Below are positions 39,024 through 48,560 of a stretch of DNA of 64,000 bases, in pieces. The notes beneath the pieces were generated by a model that did no database searches, was not told where the DNA came from, and worked only from the letters and a program-made list of their open reading frames with translations. Within the stretch, counting starts at the first letter, position 1. Each line of letters opens with the position of its first letter. The DNA is from Acidobacteriota bacterium (GTDB lineage Bacteria > Acidobacteriota > UBA6911 > RPQK01 > JAJDTT01), in NCBI GenBank assembly GCA_965263035.1, contig OZ253580.1:1824001-1888000 (forward strand), written 5' to 3'. Position numbers and translations under genes: made by a program.

Positions 39024-39434
39024 ATGAGTTGTTTGCGAAGTCCCGTCCCCTCCGACATCAAGGTGCTGAGAAAGCTCTGGCCGCGGCTGTCCGATGCGGC
39101 TCTGGAAGCGCAAATCCGTGGGCCCCGGCTCCGAATCATTGAAGCCGGAGGGAAGCCGGTGGGTTTTCTCAAGTTCCACGTGATCTGGGAATCGCTCCCC
39201 TTCATCGAGCTCATCGTGATCCTGGAATCGGAACGGGGTCTCGGCTACGGCACCCGGGCGGTGAGGGAGTGGGAGCGGCAGATGGCGGAACGCGGCTTCG
39301 ACCTGGTGGTCATGTCCACTCAGGCCTCCGCCACGGCCCAGCACTTCTGGCGCAAGCTCGGCTACCGGGATTGCGGCGCGCTCACGATACGGGACCAGCC
39401 CGCCGAGATCTTCATGCAGCGTCGCCTCTCGTAG
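39024..39434 (+). CDS. GNAT family acetyltransferase
   Basis: RGLGYGT (motif A), FWRKLGY. Confidence 0.85.
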   Translation: MSCLRSPVPSDIKVLRKLWPRLSDAALEAQIRGPRLRIIEAGGKPVGFLKFHVIWESLPFIELIVILESERGLGYGTRAVREWERQMAERGFDLVVMSTQASATAQHFWRKLGYRDCGALTIRDQPAEIFMQRRLS

Positions 39435-39544
39435 GGACACCCCTTGTGTGCGGTCGCCCATCCTTCCGTCAGCCGTATTTCGAAGCCGGTCGAATGTCGT
39501 GGCGACTTTCGAGACGGACTGCTAAAGTCGGAAAACTCAAGCAC

Positions 39545-39618
39545 GCGCCCGTAGCTCAGATGGACAGAGCAACGGACTTCTAATCCGTGGGTCGGGGGTT
39601 CGAATCCCTCCGGGCGCG
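39545..39618 (+). tRNA. tRNA-Arg(TCT)
   Basis: GCGCCCG/CGGGCGC acceptor stem, anticodon arm ACGGA-CTTCTAA-TCCGT, GGTTCGAATCC T-loop; CCA not encoded. Confidence 0.95.
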
Positions 39619-40499
39619 CTACCGGTCTACGACGAGATTGCCCGTCTTTCAGGCGAGCGTCTGATCATGACCGATCCATTCGAACCAAAGGCGTGCTCCG
39701 AAATCGATGCGAAACCGGACTTGGTCGGCTGGCCGGTTCAAGCTCCCTCGGATCTCGGTCCGACCTCCGAGCGCGGCATTGCGCTACGAGAATTCCCGCC
39801 GAAGGCCACACATCGGCGCCAACGTATTCACGAGCGGTTCCGGACTTGGCCGTTTGAGCGCGACGCCGAGAACTCCTTCACCCGGGCAACCGCACGAATG
39901 GCTCGAACACTTTGACCCGGGGACGAGCAAATCCTCAACCGCGACGCCGTCGCGCCGCAGGACTTCGAGGTGGGAAGCGCCTCGCCGACGTTCCGATTGC
40001 CTCCGGACGCGACCGTTCGTTCTACGAACTTGGCCTGATGCAGTGTAAGAACGACATGGGCGAACTCGGCGCGTTCGTTCCGGACGCCACGACGACCGAC
40101 CATCAGGAGGCGGAGCGTCACCCGATCCGAATACACTTGCCTTGAATCTTCCTGGTACGTCATGAATTGGTTTCCGCGTTGGCTCGGTCAACGACGCGGC
40201 GTGGCTTTCGATGGCGTCGGCGTGTGACTGCTCGTACGCATTGGCGTGGAGGAGCGGTTGCAAAAAACGTGCCGGACGTACGTAACAGCAGTCAACGATC
40301 CGGCCACCTCCATCGTGCATTCGACCCAAGTTCAGAGCAAGGAGTTATTGGAGCAGTGCCAAGAGCGATTCGAACTTAAGCAGGGTGGCGGTACGTGTGG
40401 ACAGTCGCCATGGAACTGCGCCCGCATACCTCCACGTGACCATGCGCCAGCCCGCCAGACCTCGTGAAGAAACCAGCGCCAGATTCTTGAAGACTTGAT

Positions 40500-41864
40500 A
40501 CGCCGAAAAATATTCACGAGGTCAGGGATCCGATTCACGTGTTCGTCCGCTTGGACAGCGATGAGCGGAAGGTCCTGGATTCCCGACCGCTTCAAAGGCT
40601 GCGCCATATTCACCAATTGGCCATGAGCTACCTTGTGTATCCGGGAGCGACGCACAAGAGATTCGAACACTCCTTGGGGGTCATGGAACTCGCAGGCCGC
40701 GTTTTTGACGTAGTTACGAGGCCGGAGAATACGACGGATGAGATTCGAAATCTTCTGGAACCCATTTCCGTCCCCGACAAGCTTGCCTACTGGCGGCGGG
40801 TGTTGCGGATGGCCGCTCTCTGCCACGATGTCGGCCACCTCCCGTTCTCGCATTCGACTGAAAGACTGCTGCCGGATGGCTGGAATCACGAACACCTGAC
40901 AAGGGAATTCATCTCCAGCAAGGAAATGGAAAAGATATGGTGCTCCACGACTCCACCGCTCCGAACTGAGGATGTCGTCAAGCTGGCGGTGGGCCCGAAA
41001 AAAGTCGATGACCTGAACTTCAACGACTGGGAAACCATTCTCTCAGAAATCATCGTCGGGGATGCATTCGGCGTGGACCGTATGGACTACCTCCTGCGCG
41101 ATTCGCATCACGCAGGAGTCGCATACGGCAAGTTTGACCATTACCGGTTGATCGATACGCTTCGTATTCTTCCGAAACCACGGTCACAGGAGGAGGAGGG
41201 CTCTCAAGAGCCAGTGCTCGGCGTGGAGGAAGGCGGCATTCAATCGGCCGAAGCTCTCATGCTGGCGCGCTACTTCATGTTCTCCCAGGTTTATTTGCAT
41301 CCTGTCCGTCGAAGCTATGACATACATCTGGAGGACTTTCTGAAGGAACGGCTCCCTGGTGGCTTTTTCTCCACCGACCCGGAAGACCATTTGAAAATTA
41401 CGGACAACGAGATCACCGCCGAGTTACGGGAAGCCGCGGCAGCGAAAGATGCGCGTGGTCATTTGCATGCCCGCCGAATCGTGCGACGGGAGCACTTCAA
41501 GCAACTGTATGAGCGGAATCCTGACGACGTCCAGATCAACCCTGAATCTGGTGACGCAATTTTCGGGCCTTTGTGTGATGAGTTCGGCCAAGAATGCTTC
41601 CGACGGGATCGTTACTACCAGCAGGGCGGTGCACCAGATTTTCCGGTGCTTCTGCGGGACGGTCGTTTGGCGTCTTCTCTTTCCATCTCTGCCGTATTGA
41701 AGACTCTACCGATTCTGTCGGTCGATTTCATATTCGCAGATCGTTCCATCTTTTATGAAGCCGACACCTGGTTAAAAAACAATCGCCAACAGATTATTCG
41801 GCCCTTGGAAGAGGATAAGGAGGAGAGTAATGGACAGAATGGCGAAGGCCGCGTTGATCGCTGA
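40500..41864 (+). CDS. HD-domain phosphohydrolase, SAMHD1/YwfO dNTP triphosphohydrolase-like
   Basis: RDPIH, QRLRHIHQL, PGATHKRFEHSLG, HDVGH.PFSH, DRMDYLLRD, VYLH. The conserved N-terminus begins at an ACG (40500); the first canonical start is GTG 40539. Confidence 0.88.
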   Translation, partial: TPKNIHEVRDPIHVFVRLDSDERKVLDSRPLQRLRHIHQLAMSYLVYPGATHKRFEHSLGVMELAGRVFDVVTRPENTTDEIRNLLEPISVPDKLAYWRRVLRMAALCHDVGHLPFSHSTERLLPDGWNHEHLTREFISSKEMEKIWCSTTPPLRTEDVVKLAVGPKKVDDLNFNDWETILSEIIVGDAFGVDRMDYLLRDSHHAGVAYGKFDHYRLIDTLRILPKPRSQEEEGSQEPVLGVEEGGIQSAEALMLARYFMFSQVYLHPVRRSYDIHLEDFLKERLPGGFFSTDPEDHLKITDNEITAELREAAAAKDARGHLHARRIVRREHFKQLYERNPDDVQINPESGDAIFGPLCDEFGQECFRRDRYYQQGGAPDFPVLLRDGRLASSLSISAVLKTLPILSVDFIFADRSIFYEADTWLKNNRQQIIRPLEEDKEESNGQNGEGRVDR

Positions 41865-42372
41865 GTTGATTGAAAGATTGAGGCAAGAGGGAAGCTGGTG
41901 CGGAGAAACCCATGTGCAAAAGGCAGTCTATTTTCTGCAGAACCTCATGGACGTTCCTCTGCAATTCGATTTCATTCTGTACAAGCATGGTCCGTTTTCG
42001 TTCGATCTGAGAGACGAACTCACGGCCTTGCGCGCAGACGGCTTACTGAGACTGGAAACCCGGGGATTGTATGGTGCACGGATAGCCGCCACAGATCAGA
42101 GCATCTACATCCGGGAGTTCTACCCACGAACCTTGTCCAGACACAATAAGGTTATCGATTTCACATCTGGACAGATCGGGAAAAAAGGAGTTGTCGAACT
42201 GGAGCGACTGGCCACGGCCCTGTATGTGACCAGGCAATCCGGTCATCAGGCTTCGATTGATAACAGGGTGAAGACACTGGTCACCCTCAAACCCCACATA
42301 CCGGAAGAGGAGGCTCAGAAAGCCGTCTCGTTCGTGGACCACATGATCGAACTCGCGCACGACATGAGTTGA
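41830..42372 (+). CDS. YwgA/SocA(Panacea)-like winged-helix protein
   Basis: QKAVYFLQ...F.LYKHGPFSFDL...LERLAT; overlaps the HD gene; GGAG RBS. Confidence 0.65.
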   Translation: MDRMAKAALIAELIERLRQEGSWCGETHVQKAVYFLQNLMDVPLQFDFILYKHGPFSFDLRDELTALRADGLLRLETRGLYGARIAATDQSIYIREFYPRTLSRHNKVIDFTSGQIGKKGVVELERLATALYVTRQSGHQASIDNRVKTLVTLKPHIPEEEAQKAVSFVDHMIELAHDMS

Positions 42373-42444
42373 AGCCTGTACGGGCGATGTCGAGTCGCGA
42401 CGCGAAGCTCGGAAACCATCGGGAGGGACGCTACGCGGGACTTC

Positions 42445-42530
42445 GGAGGGGGAACTTCCAGTCCCCCTTGTGCCCCCCGGATCGGCGACTGGAAAGTCGC
42501 CGATCCGGGGGGCTGGAATGCCGCCGCTCC
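42445..42530. repeat. Cluster of family-A REP-like palindromes
   Basis: GGAGGGGGAACTTCCAGTCCCCC, GGATCGGCGACTGGAAAGTCGCCGATCC and GGGGGGCTGGAATGCCGCCGCTCC between convergent genes. Confidence 0.7.
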
Positions 42531-42537
42531 GCTCTCA

Positions 42538-43980
42538 TCAGAAGTTGTAGCCCATGGCGAGGTTGAACTGGTCGAGGCCGGTCTTGGCGCGGTTCCGGTT
42601 CCACTGATAGTCGGCTTTGACTACGATATTGGAAATCGGCTTGAGCTCCAGGCCCAAGGTGTGGAACGACCGGTCCCGTGCAGGATTACGAAGGTATCCG
42701 GCAGGCACCTGAGCCTGGGTGTCGAGAGTCTCGGCCCGATAGTAGGGCATCAGCCTCACGTCTTCCCGTACCCGGGAAAGCAGGTTGTAACCGAATTGAA
42801 GATAACCTCCCTGCTGAGTCTCACCCACCGAATCCATCCCGGTGTATCCGAGAGCCTGATTCAGTTCGGCCACGTCGTCCAGGGAGGCTCGGGCATAGAG
42901 ACCTCTCAGGTCGAAGCCCTCCATCCGGATCTGAGCGTGAAGCTCCCCGATCCTGGTCCCCAGGTCCAAATCTTGTCCGTCGAACGTCAGCCCCTGACCC
43001 GAGCCCCCGTTGTAGATGGACCCACCGAAGAAGACTCCCGGAGTCGGATTCAGATCGACCCGCGCCACTACGGCCATGTGGGAGGCCTTCGCCTTGTACC
43101 CCTTTTGCCGGCCGCCCCGCAGGCCATTGGAGCTGAACTTCGAACCCAGCAGACCATTCACCACGTAGACGCGGTAGTCGACCATCCCCGCGGACCCGAC
43201 GAAGCCGAACCCGTTCTCCCGCCAGGTGCTGGGCAGGATCCGGCGTTCGGTCTCCGGCCGATTGGCTCCCACGAAGACCGTGGGTTCATGAAGCTCGTTG
43301 ACCAGACCCATGGGCAGCAGGAGCAATCCTCCCCGGAGGGTCAGGTGATCGTTGACCAAGAAGTCCAGGTAGGCAAACTCGACCGACGTGGATCCTCCGA
43401 GGCTGGTGGATCCATGCTCGATCTCGATCTCCGAGTTGAAGACGAAGCGATCGTTGAACCGATAGCCGGCGTAGAGGATGGCCCGGAGAAAATCGAGTTC
43501 AGAGGTCTTGGAGACGGTGTCTCCAGACTCGTTATGAACACTGAAATTATTGTAGAGCATCTCACCGTAGCCGGCGATGGAGACACCCTGTTGCTTCCGA
43601 TAAATAGTGGCTGCCGCAGGACCGAGTCCTTTGCTGCGAGCCTGATCATCCGTGATCTCGATCTCCGGCTCGCCGCTGCGTAAACGTTCCACTTCGATGG
43701 CGAGAATGTCGACCTGACGCCGGACTTCCGCCAGTTCCTCGTCTGAAGATGCCTGTTTCTCAGATTTGGGGACCGCCTCCGGCTGTGGAGTCCTCTCCTT
43801 CTCGAGTTTCTCCAACCTCCGCTTCAACTCTTCGATCTGGGCCTTCAGATCTTGCTTGCCGGTGCCCATTACCGGCGGCAAGAGGGCGGCCAGCAACAGG
43901 CCAGCCACAAAATACTTCCACCATCGGTTACGCATTCTTGATCTTGTCTTCCCGTACATGCGAATCTCCCTGTGTTCCAT
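42538..43980 (-). CDS. Outer-membrane porin-like protein with N-terminal coiled coil
   Basis: Signal peptide, coiled coil, GYGEMLY, NSEIEIEH, terminal aromatic YNF. The true start is probably one of the downstream Mets. Confidence 0.72.
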   Translation of the reverse strand: MEHREIRMYGKTRSRMRNRWWKYFVAGLLLAALLPPVMGTGKQDLKAQIEELKRRLEKLEKERTPQPEAVPKSEKQASSDEELAEVRRQVDILAIEVERLRSGEPEIEITDDQARSKGLGPAAATIYRKQQGVSIAGYGEMLYNNFSVHNESGDTVSKTSELDFLRAILYAGYRFNDRFVFNSEIEIEHGSTSLGGSTSVEFAYLDFLVNDHLTLRGGLLLLPMGLVNELHEPTVFVGANRPETERRILPSTWRENGFGFVGSAGMVDYRVYVVNGLLGSKFSSNGLRGGRQKGYKAKASHMAVVARVDLNPTPGVFFGGSIYNGGSGQGLTFDGQDLDLGTRIGELHAQIRMEGFDLRGLYARASLDDVAELNQALGYTGMDSVGETQQGGYLQFGYNLLSRVREDVRLMPYYRAETLDTQAQVPAGYLRNPARDRSFHTLGLELKPISNIVVKADYQWNRNRAKTGLDQFNLAMGYNF

Positions 43981-44170
43981 AGGTGGAACTCAACCCCGTC
44001 CAGTTGTCACCGTTGATGGAGGAAAGCTATAGTGAGGATTGGTCTTTGCTCAAAGGCCGAAAAATCGAATCGGGGTGCGCCGATGCCACCGGTGTACCCC
44101 ACCCCCTCAATTCATTCCCCCGGATGCTTCAACATTCAACGCCTCATGCCCGCGTGCCGCGAGCATCTTA

Positions 44171-44187
44171 TTGAAATTGGATTTCAA
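44171..44187. promoter_or_regulatory. AT-rich 7-3-7 inverted repeat, candidate Fur-type operator
   Basis: TTGAAAT-TGG-ATTTCAA in the divergent intergenic region upstream of the porin. Confidence 0.5.
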
Positions 44188-44228
44188 CTTCAACCCATGT
44201 CTCCATTTTTTCTTGGAAAGGTCGAACC

Positions 44229-45872
44229 ATGAACAAGCTGCTTGTGATCGCACTGCTGTTGAGCACCGCCGCGGAAGCCGAGGCCGGGGAGAAGGCCAAG
44301 ACCTCCCCCTTCACCGAACCCCAGAAACGGGCCAAGCGGATCCGCGCCAACAACGGGGCTTGGAATCCCATCGTCGACGTCACCGACGTATTTCCTGGAA
44401 ATCGGGCGTTGGATCGCCAGGGTGTCTTCAAGCTGTTCGACGCCGCCATCGGAGTCCAGCTTCGTGTCGAGCAGGCGGAGAGATCCGCACCCCTGCTGGA
44501 GGCGACGGCGGAGTGGGAGCAGGGGAAGTTCATCGGCCCCCTGTTCATCTGGAGAGCCGGCGGACTGCTCCACATGATCTACGAATGCTCAAGGGCGGAG
44601 GCCACGGCCTACGCCACCAGCACCGACGGTTACCATTGGACACGTCCGGAACTGGGCCAGGTCGAATTCGACGGGTCGTCGGCCAACAACCTCCTGCGAA
44701 ACGGCATCCGGGGTGCCACGGGTGTCTTCATCGACCCCCAGGCGCCGGCGGCGGAACGCTTCAAGGCCATGGGCGGCGACATGGCCTGGTACGACCCGGA
44801 GACCCTGCAGCCCCTTGACGGCGAGGAGGCCATGCGACGCTGGAACCGCCTAGTCTATGAGAAGGACACGTACAAGGGGCCTCGAGCGGAGATCTGGGGG
44901 CGCACCCTGGGCTGGATCTCGGCGGACGGCCGGGACTGGAAACCGCTGGAGAAGGCCCTGGGCAACCGTCCCGTCAACGGCGGCATCTCCGCCCACTACG
45001 ACGAGGCCAACGGCGAGTACATCGCCTACCAGCAGATCATGGGCAACACCGCCGAGCTGATTCCGGGGATCGGCACCGCCCGGATCGAGGAGGAGACGCA
45101 GCGCCGCACCATCGGGTTCTCGCGGACCAAGGACTTCCGGACCTGGCCGGCTCCCAAGCTGATCCTGGCTCCCGACGCCCAGGATGACCTGGACATCTCC
45201 TTTTATGGCGCCAACTACTTCCCCTATCCAGGGCGTACCGACCTTCACGTCATGGTCATCCCCGTCTACCACCAGCGGAACGACCACGTGGACACCCAGA
45301 TCGCCTTCAGCCGCGACGGCCTCTTCTGGACCCGGCCCGAGCGGCGGGCCATCCACCCTGTAGGCCCCCCCGGCAGCGGGGAAGATTGCCAGGTGCACAC
45401 TTGGCGCAACGGCATGCTGGAGCTTCCCGACGGCCACTGGGCGGTGCCCTACACGGGAATGTCCAGCCTCCACAACGTCTACGGGCAGGACCATCTCTTT
45501 CCCCAGGGACGGCCCATTCAGATCCGCTACGCGTTGTGGAAACCGAACCGCTTCTGCGGGATCGAGGCGGAGAGCGAAGGCCGGTTCACGATTCCCTCGA
45601 TCTACCGGCACGGGAACGAGCTGCGTCTGAACTACCGGTGCGCTCCGGGGGGCTGGATCAGCGTGGAGTTGCTGACCAAGAGCCCGTCCATGAATCAGGC
45701 CGATCTGCCGCCCATCGAGGGCTTCACCTTTGCCGACTGCGACCGCCTGACGGGCGACGAGTCCGATCGAGTCGTGACCTGGAAGGGTAAGCGCGATCTC
45801 TCCGGAATCGGAGAGACGGTGGCGATTCGCATCCGGATGTACCAGGCCAAGGTCTTCGCCTACAAGTTCTAA
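44229..45872 (+). CDS. GH-like beta-propeller protein, paralog 4
   Basis: Signal peptide; STDGYHW.RPELG.VEFDGS..NN, FSRDG..W; related C-terminal domain. Confidence 0.7.
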   Translation: MNKLLVIALLLSTAAEAEAGEKAKTSPFTEPQKRAKRIRANNGAWNPIVDVTDVFPGNRALDRQGVFKLFDAAIGVQLRVEQAERSAPLLEATAEWEQGKFIGPLFIWRAGGLLHMIYECSRAEATAYATSTDGYHWTRPELGQVEFDGSSANNLLRNGIRGATGVFIDPQAPAAERFKAMGGDMAWYDPETLQPLDGEEAMRRWNRLVYEKDTYKGPRAEIWGRTLGWISADGRDWKPLEKALGNRPVNGGISAHYDEANGEYIAYQQIMGNTAELIPGIGTARIEEETQRRTIGFSRTKDFRTWPAPKLILAPDAQDDLDISFYGANYFPYPGRTDLHVMVIPVYHQRNDHVDTQIAFSRDGLFWTRPERRAIHPVGPPGSGEDCQVHTWRNGMLELPDGHWAVPYTGMSSLHNVYGQDHLFPQGRPIQIRYALWKPNRFCGIEAESEGRFTIPSIYRHGNELRLNYRCAPGGWISVELLTKSPSMNQADLPPIEGFTFADCDRLTGDESDRVVTWKGKRDLSGIGETVAIRIRMYQAKVFAYKF

Positions 45873-45957
45873 TGCGATCCCGTTCGGCTGGACATGGGAA
45901 AAAAACAGCGTCTATGATGCATAGGTAGTCGTTCCAACTTTTGCGGAGTCAAAGATC

Positions 45958-47268
45958 ATGAAAACCCTGCTCTCCCTGGTCCTGCTCTTTTCGGCCGCGG
46001 CGCCCCTTCAAGCGGGCAATTGGCCCCAATTCCGGGGCCCCAGTTTCAACGGGTCGACCCCCGAAAAGGGTTTGCCGACCCAATGGTCGCCAACCGAGAA
46101 CATCGCGTGGAGCGCGACCTTGCCCGGACCCAGTGCGGCTACGCCCGCCGTCTGGAAGGATCACGTCTTCGTTTCCAGCACGGACACGAAGTCCAATACG
46201 CTGAAGGCCCTCTGCTTTGACCGGGCCAGCGGCAAGCTGCTCTGGCAAAGGGACTTCGCCACCGGGATCAACAGGGACAGCCGGAGCGACTTCGCCTCGC
46301 CCTCTCCCGCCACCGACGGCAAGCTGGTCGTCTTCTTCTATGGCAATGGGGAGATGGCGGCGTTCGACTTTTCGGGGCATCAGCTCTGGCGGCGCCAGAT
46401 CGAGAAAGACTACGGCGAATTCGCCTTCTTCTGGACCTTCTCGTCCAGTCCGCTCCTCTTCGACGGCAAGCTCTACCTCCAGGTGCTGCAGCGGGACGTC
46501 CCCATCGAGGGACGCGGTTTGAAGGACCGCAAGAACCGGTCGTACATCCTGGCCATGAAACCCGAAACCGGCGAGACCCTGTGGCGCAGCTTCCGCCCCA
46601 GCCAGGCGGTGGCCGAGTCTCGCGAGGCCTTCACCTCCCCCGTCCCCTTTGTCCACAACGGGCGCCGCGAATTGTTGGTGGTTGGCGGCGACGACCTGAG
46701 CGGCCACGACCTGGAGACCGGCAAGGAACTTTGGCGGTGGGGGACCTGGAATCCCACGCGCATCCGGCACTGGCGCCTGGTCCCCTCCCCCGTGGCCAAC
46801 CAGGACGTGATCCTGGCCTGCGCCCCCAAGCGGGATCCCATCTACGCCATCAAGACGGGCGGAGTCGGAACGCTGGACGACAGCTCCATCGCCTGGGTCA
46901 GCAAGGACGTCCGGCCGGTGACCTCCGACGTACCCACACCCGCGTACTACGACGGAGACTTCTTCGTCCTGAGCGACGTGCGGAAGTCCCTCTCTCGAGT
47001 CGAGCCCAAGACGGGCAAGGTGAAATGGACGATTCCGACGCCGGGCCGCAGCAAATACGAGGCCTCGCCCCTGGCCGGTGACGGCAAGATCTACCTGATC
47101 AATTTCGACGGAGACGTGGTGATTGTGGACGCGGCAGGAGGAGAGGTCCTCAACCAGATCGCCATGGGCGACGCCGAGGACGCCCCGGTCCGCTCGACCG
47201 TGGTGGCAGCCCAGGGTCACCTATTCGTCCGGACCAACCGGACCCTGTTCTGCGTCGGCCAGAACTGA
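45958..47268 (+). CDS. PQQ-binding-like beta-propeller repeat protein (BamB-like)
   Basis: Signal peptide; NWPQFRGP, repeated TG..LW, ASP motifs. Confidence 0.85.
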   Translation: MKTLLSLVLLFSAAAPLQAGNWPQFRGPSFNGSTPEKGLPTQWSPTENIAWSATLPGPSAATPAVWKDHVFVSSTDTKSNTLKALCFDRASGKLLWQRDFATGINRDSRSDFASPSPATDGKLVVFFYGNGEMAAFDFSGHQLWRRQIEKDYGEFAFFWTFSSSPLLFDGKLYLQVLQRDVPIEGRGLKDRKNRSYILAMKPETGETLWRSFRPSQAVAESREAFTSPVPFVHNGRRELLVVGGDDLSGHDLETGKELWRWGTWNPTRIRHWRLVPSPVANQDVILACAPKRDPIYAIKTGGVGTLDDSSIAWVSKDVRPVTSDVPTPAYYDGDFFVLSDVRKSLSRVEPKTGKVKWTIPTPGRSKYEASPLAGDGKIYLINFDGDVVIVDAAGGEVLNQIAMGDAEDAPVRSTVVAAQGHLFVRTNRTLFCVGQN

Positions 47269-47280
47269 CCCGGCAGCGCG

Positions 47281-48378
47281 CTACGCGAGTTTGCCCCGGC
47301 CAACCAGCGGCCAGACCGTCTCCACGCGGCCGTCCCGGATCCCGTACAGGACGTCGTGCAGAAAGACCGTCGAGTCCGAGTATCCGGGAATGATCTCGAT
47401 CTTGTCCCCCACCCGGGGCGATTCGCTGGGCTCGGCCAACCGGATGATTCCGTGCTCGGCCGACATCACGAACTCCCGGGCCGCGATCCCTCCCAGGACT
47501 TTGGGGGCGGAGGAGGCTCGGCTCATGGTCTTGAATCCGGCGTCGCAGATGATGCGGGTGGGATGGGGGCGGCTGGTCACGGTGGACAGGATGGTCAGTG
47601 CGAACTCGTGCTCCACGCCGTAGTCGTGACGGTATGTGATGTCGCAGTAGACGCCGCCTCCCGCCTCGATCTCCGTGATTCCGGGAACGAAAGCGCTGAT
47701 CCAGTAGGTCCCGGTGCCGCCGCAACTGACGATTTCAACCGGAATCCCCGCGTTCCGGATGGCTTGGGCGGTGTCCGTCAGCTTCCCCAGGGCCTCCTCG
47801 ACCAGGAGCTTCCTCTTTCCCAGGTCCGACTCGCCCAGCACCTGGGCCTCCCAGGTCTGCAATCCGGCGAAGCGCACGTGCCGCAGTTGGGCGATCCGGC
47901 GGGCCAGGTCCACGGTGGGTTCTCCCGGCAAGACTCCGGCGCGCTGCATTCCCACGTCCACCTCGATCAGGATCCGGGGACGGACGCCCTTCACACCCGC
48001 GGCGCGGTCGATGGCCTGGGCGTTCTCGAATTGGTCCACACAGACCATCACGTCGGCCCGGCGGCAGACGTTGACCAGACGGTCGATCTTCGCCGGACCC
48101 ACGATCTGGTTGGCCACGAGGATGTCGTGGATGCCGGCGGCGGCCATGACCTCCGCCTCCCCCAGCTTGGCGCAGGTGATTCCGTGGGCTCCCGCTTCCA
48201 GGCACAGATTCGCCAGGGCCGGCGTCTTCATCGCCTTGGTGTGGGGGCGCCATCCCACCTTGGCGTCGCGAACGATAGTGGCCGCCATGCGGTCGATGTT
48301 GCGCTGAAGGATATCCAGATCCACCATCAGTGCCGGCGTATCCAGCGCCTCCCTGGGTTGTCCCACCAAACTGTTCAC
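47281..48378 (-). CDS. PLP-dependent D-threonine aldolase/DSD1 family enzyme
   Basis: TPAL.VD, RPHTK (PLP Lys), CAKLGEAE, GGTGT, DAGFK, SAEHG. Confidence 0.88.
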   Translation of the reverse strand: MNSLVGQPREALDTPALMVDLDILQRNIDRMAATIVRDAKVGWRPHTKAMKTPALANLCLEAGAHGITCAKLGEAEVMAAAGIHDILVANQIVGPAKIDRLVNVCRRADVMVCVDQFENAQAIDRAAGVKGVRPRILIEVDVGMQRAGVLPGEPTVDLARRIAQLRHVRFAGLQTWEAQVLGESDLGKRKLLVEEALGKLTDTAQAIRNAGIPVEIVSCGGTGTYWISAFVPGITEIEAGGGVYCDITYRHDYGVEHEFALTILSTVTSRPHPTRIICDAGFKTMSRASSAPKVLGGIAAREFVMSAEHGIIRLAEPSESPRVGDKIEIIPGYSDSTVFLHDVLYGIRDGRVETVWPLVGRGKLA

Positions 48379-48560
48379 GGAGCCTTCCTCCCGCCTGATT
48401 TCCGCTTGGCCATCCGGCGCGGCAACACCAATGGCATCGATTCCATCCAGTTTACTACGGTACTGTCCTGCGGCGGGTAATCGGACAACGTCCAGAGCGC
48501 ACCTTCTCCTGCCGGTGTCCCGATGGACAGTCTCCCGGCCGGAGAAGTAGAATTCCGGCT

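Noticed and set aside
42400-42440. attR copy of the tRNA-Arg 3' end
   Set aside because: Only a short CGCTAC match, too weak to call an att site.
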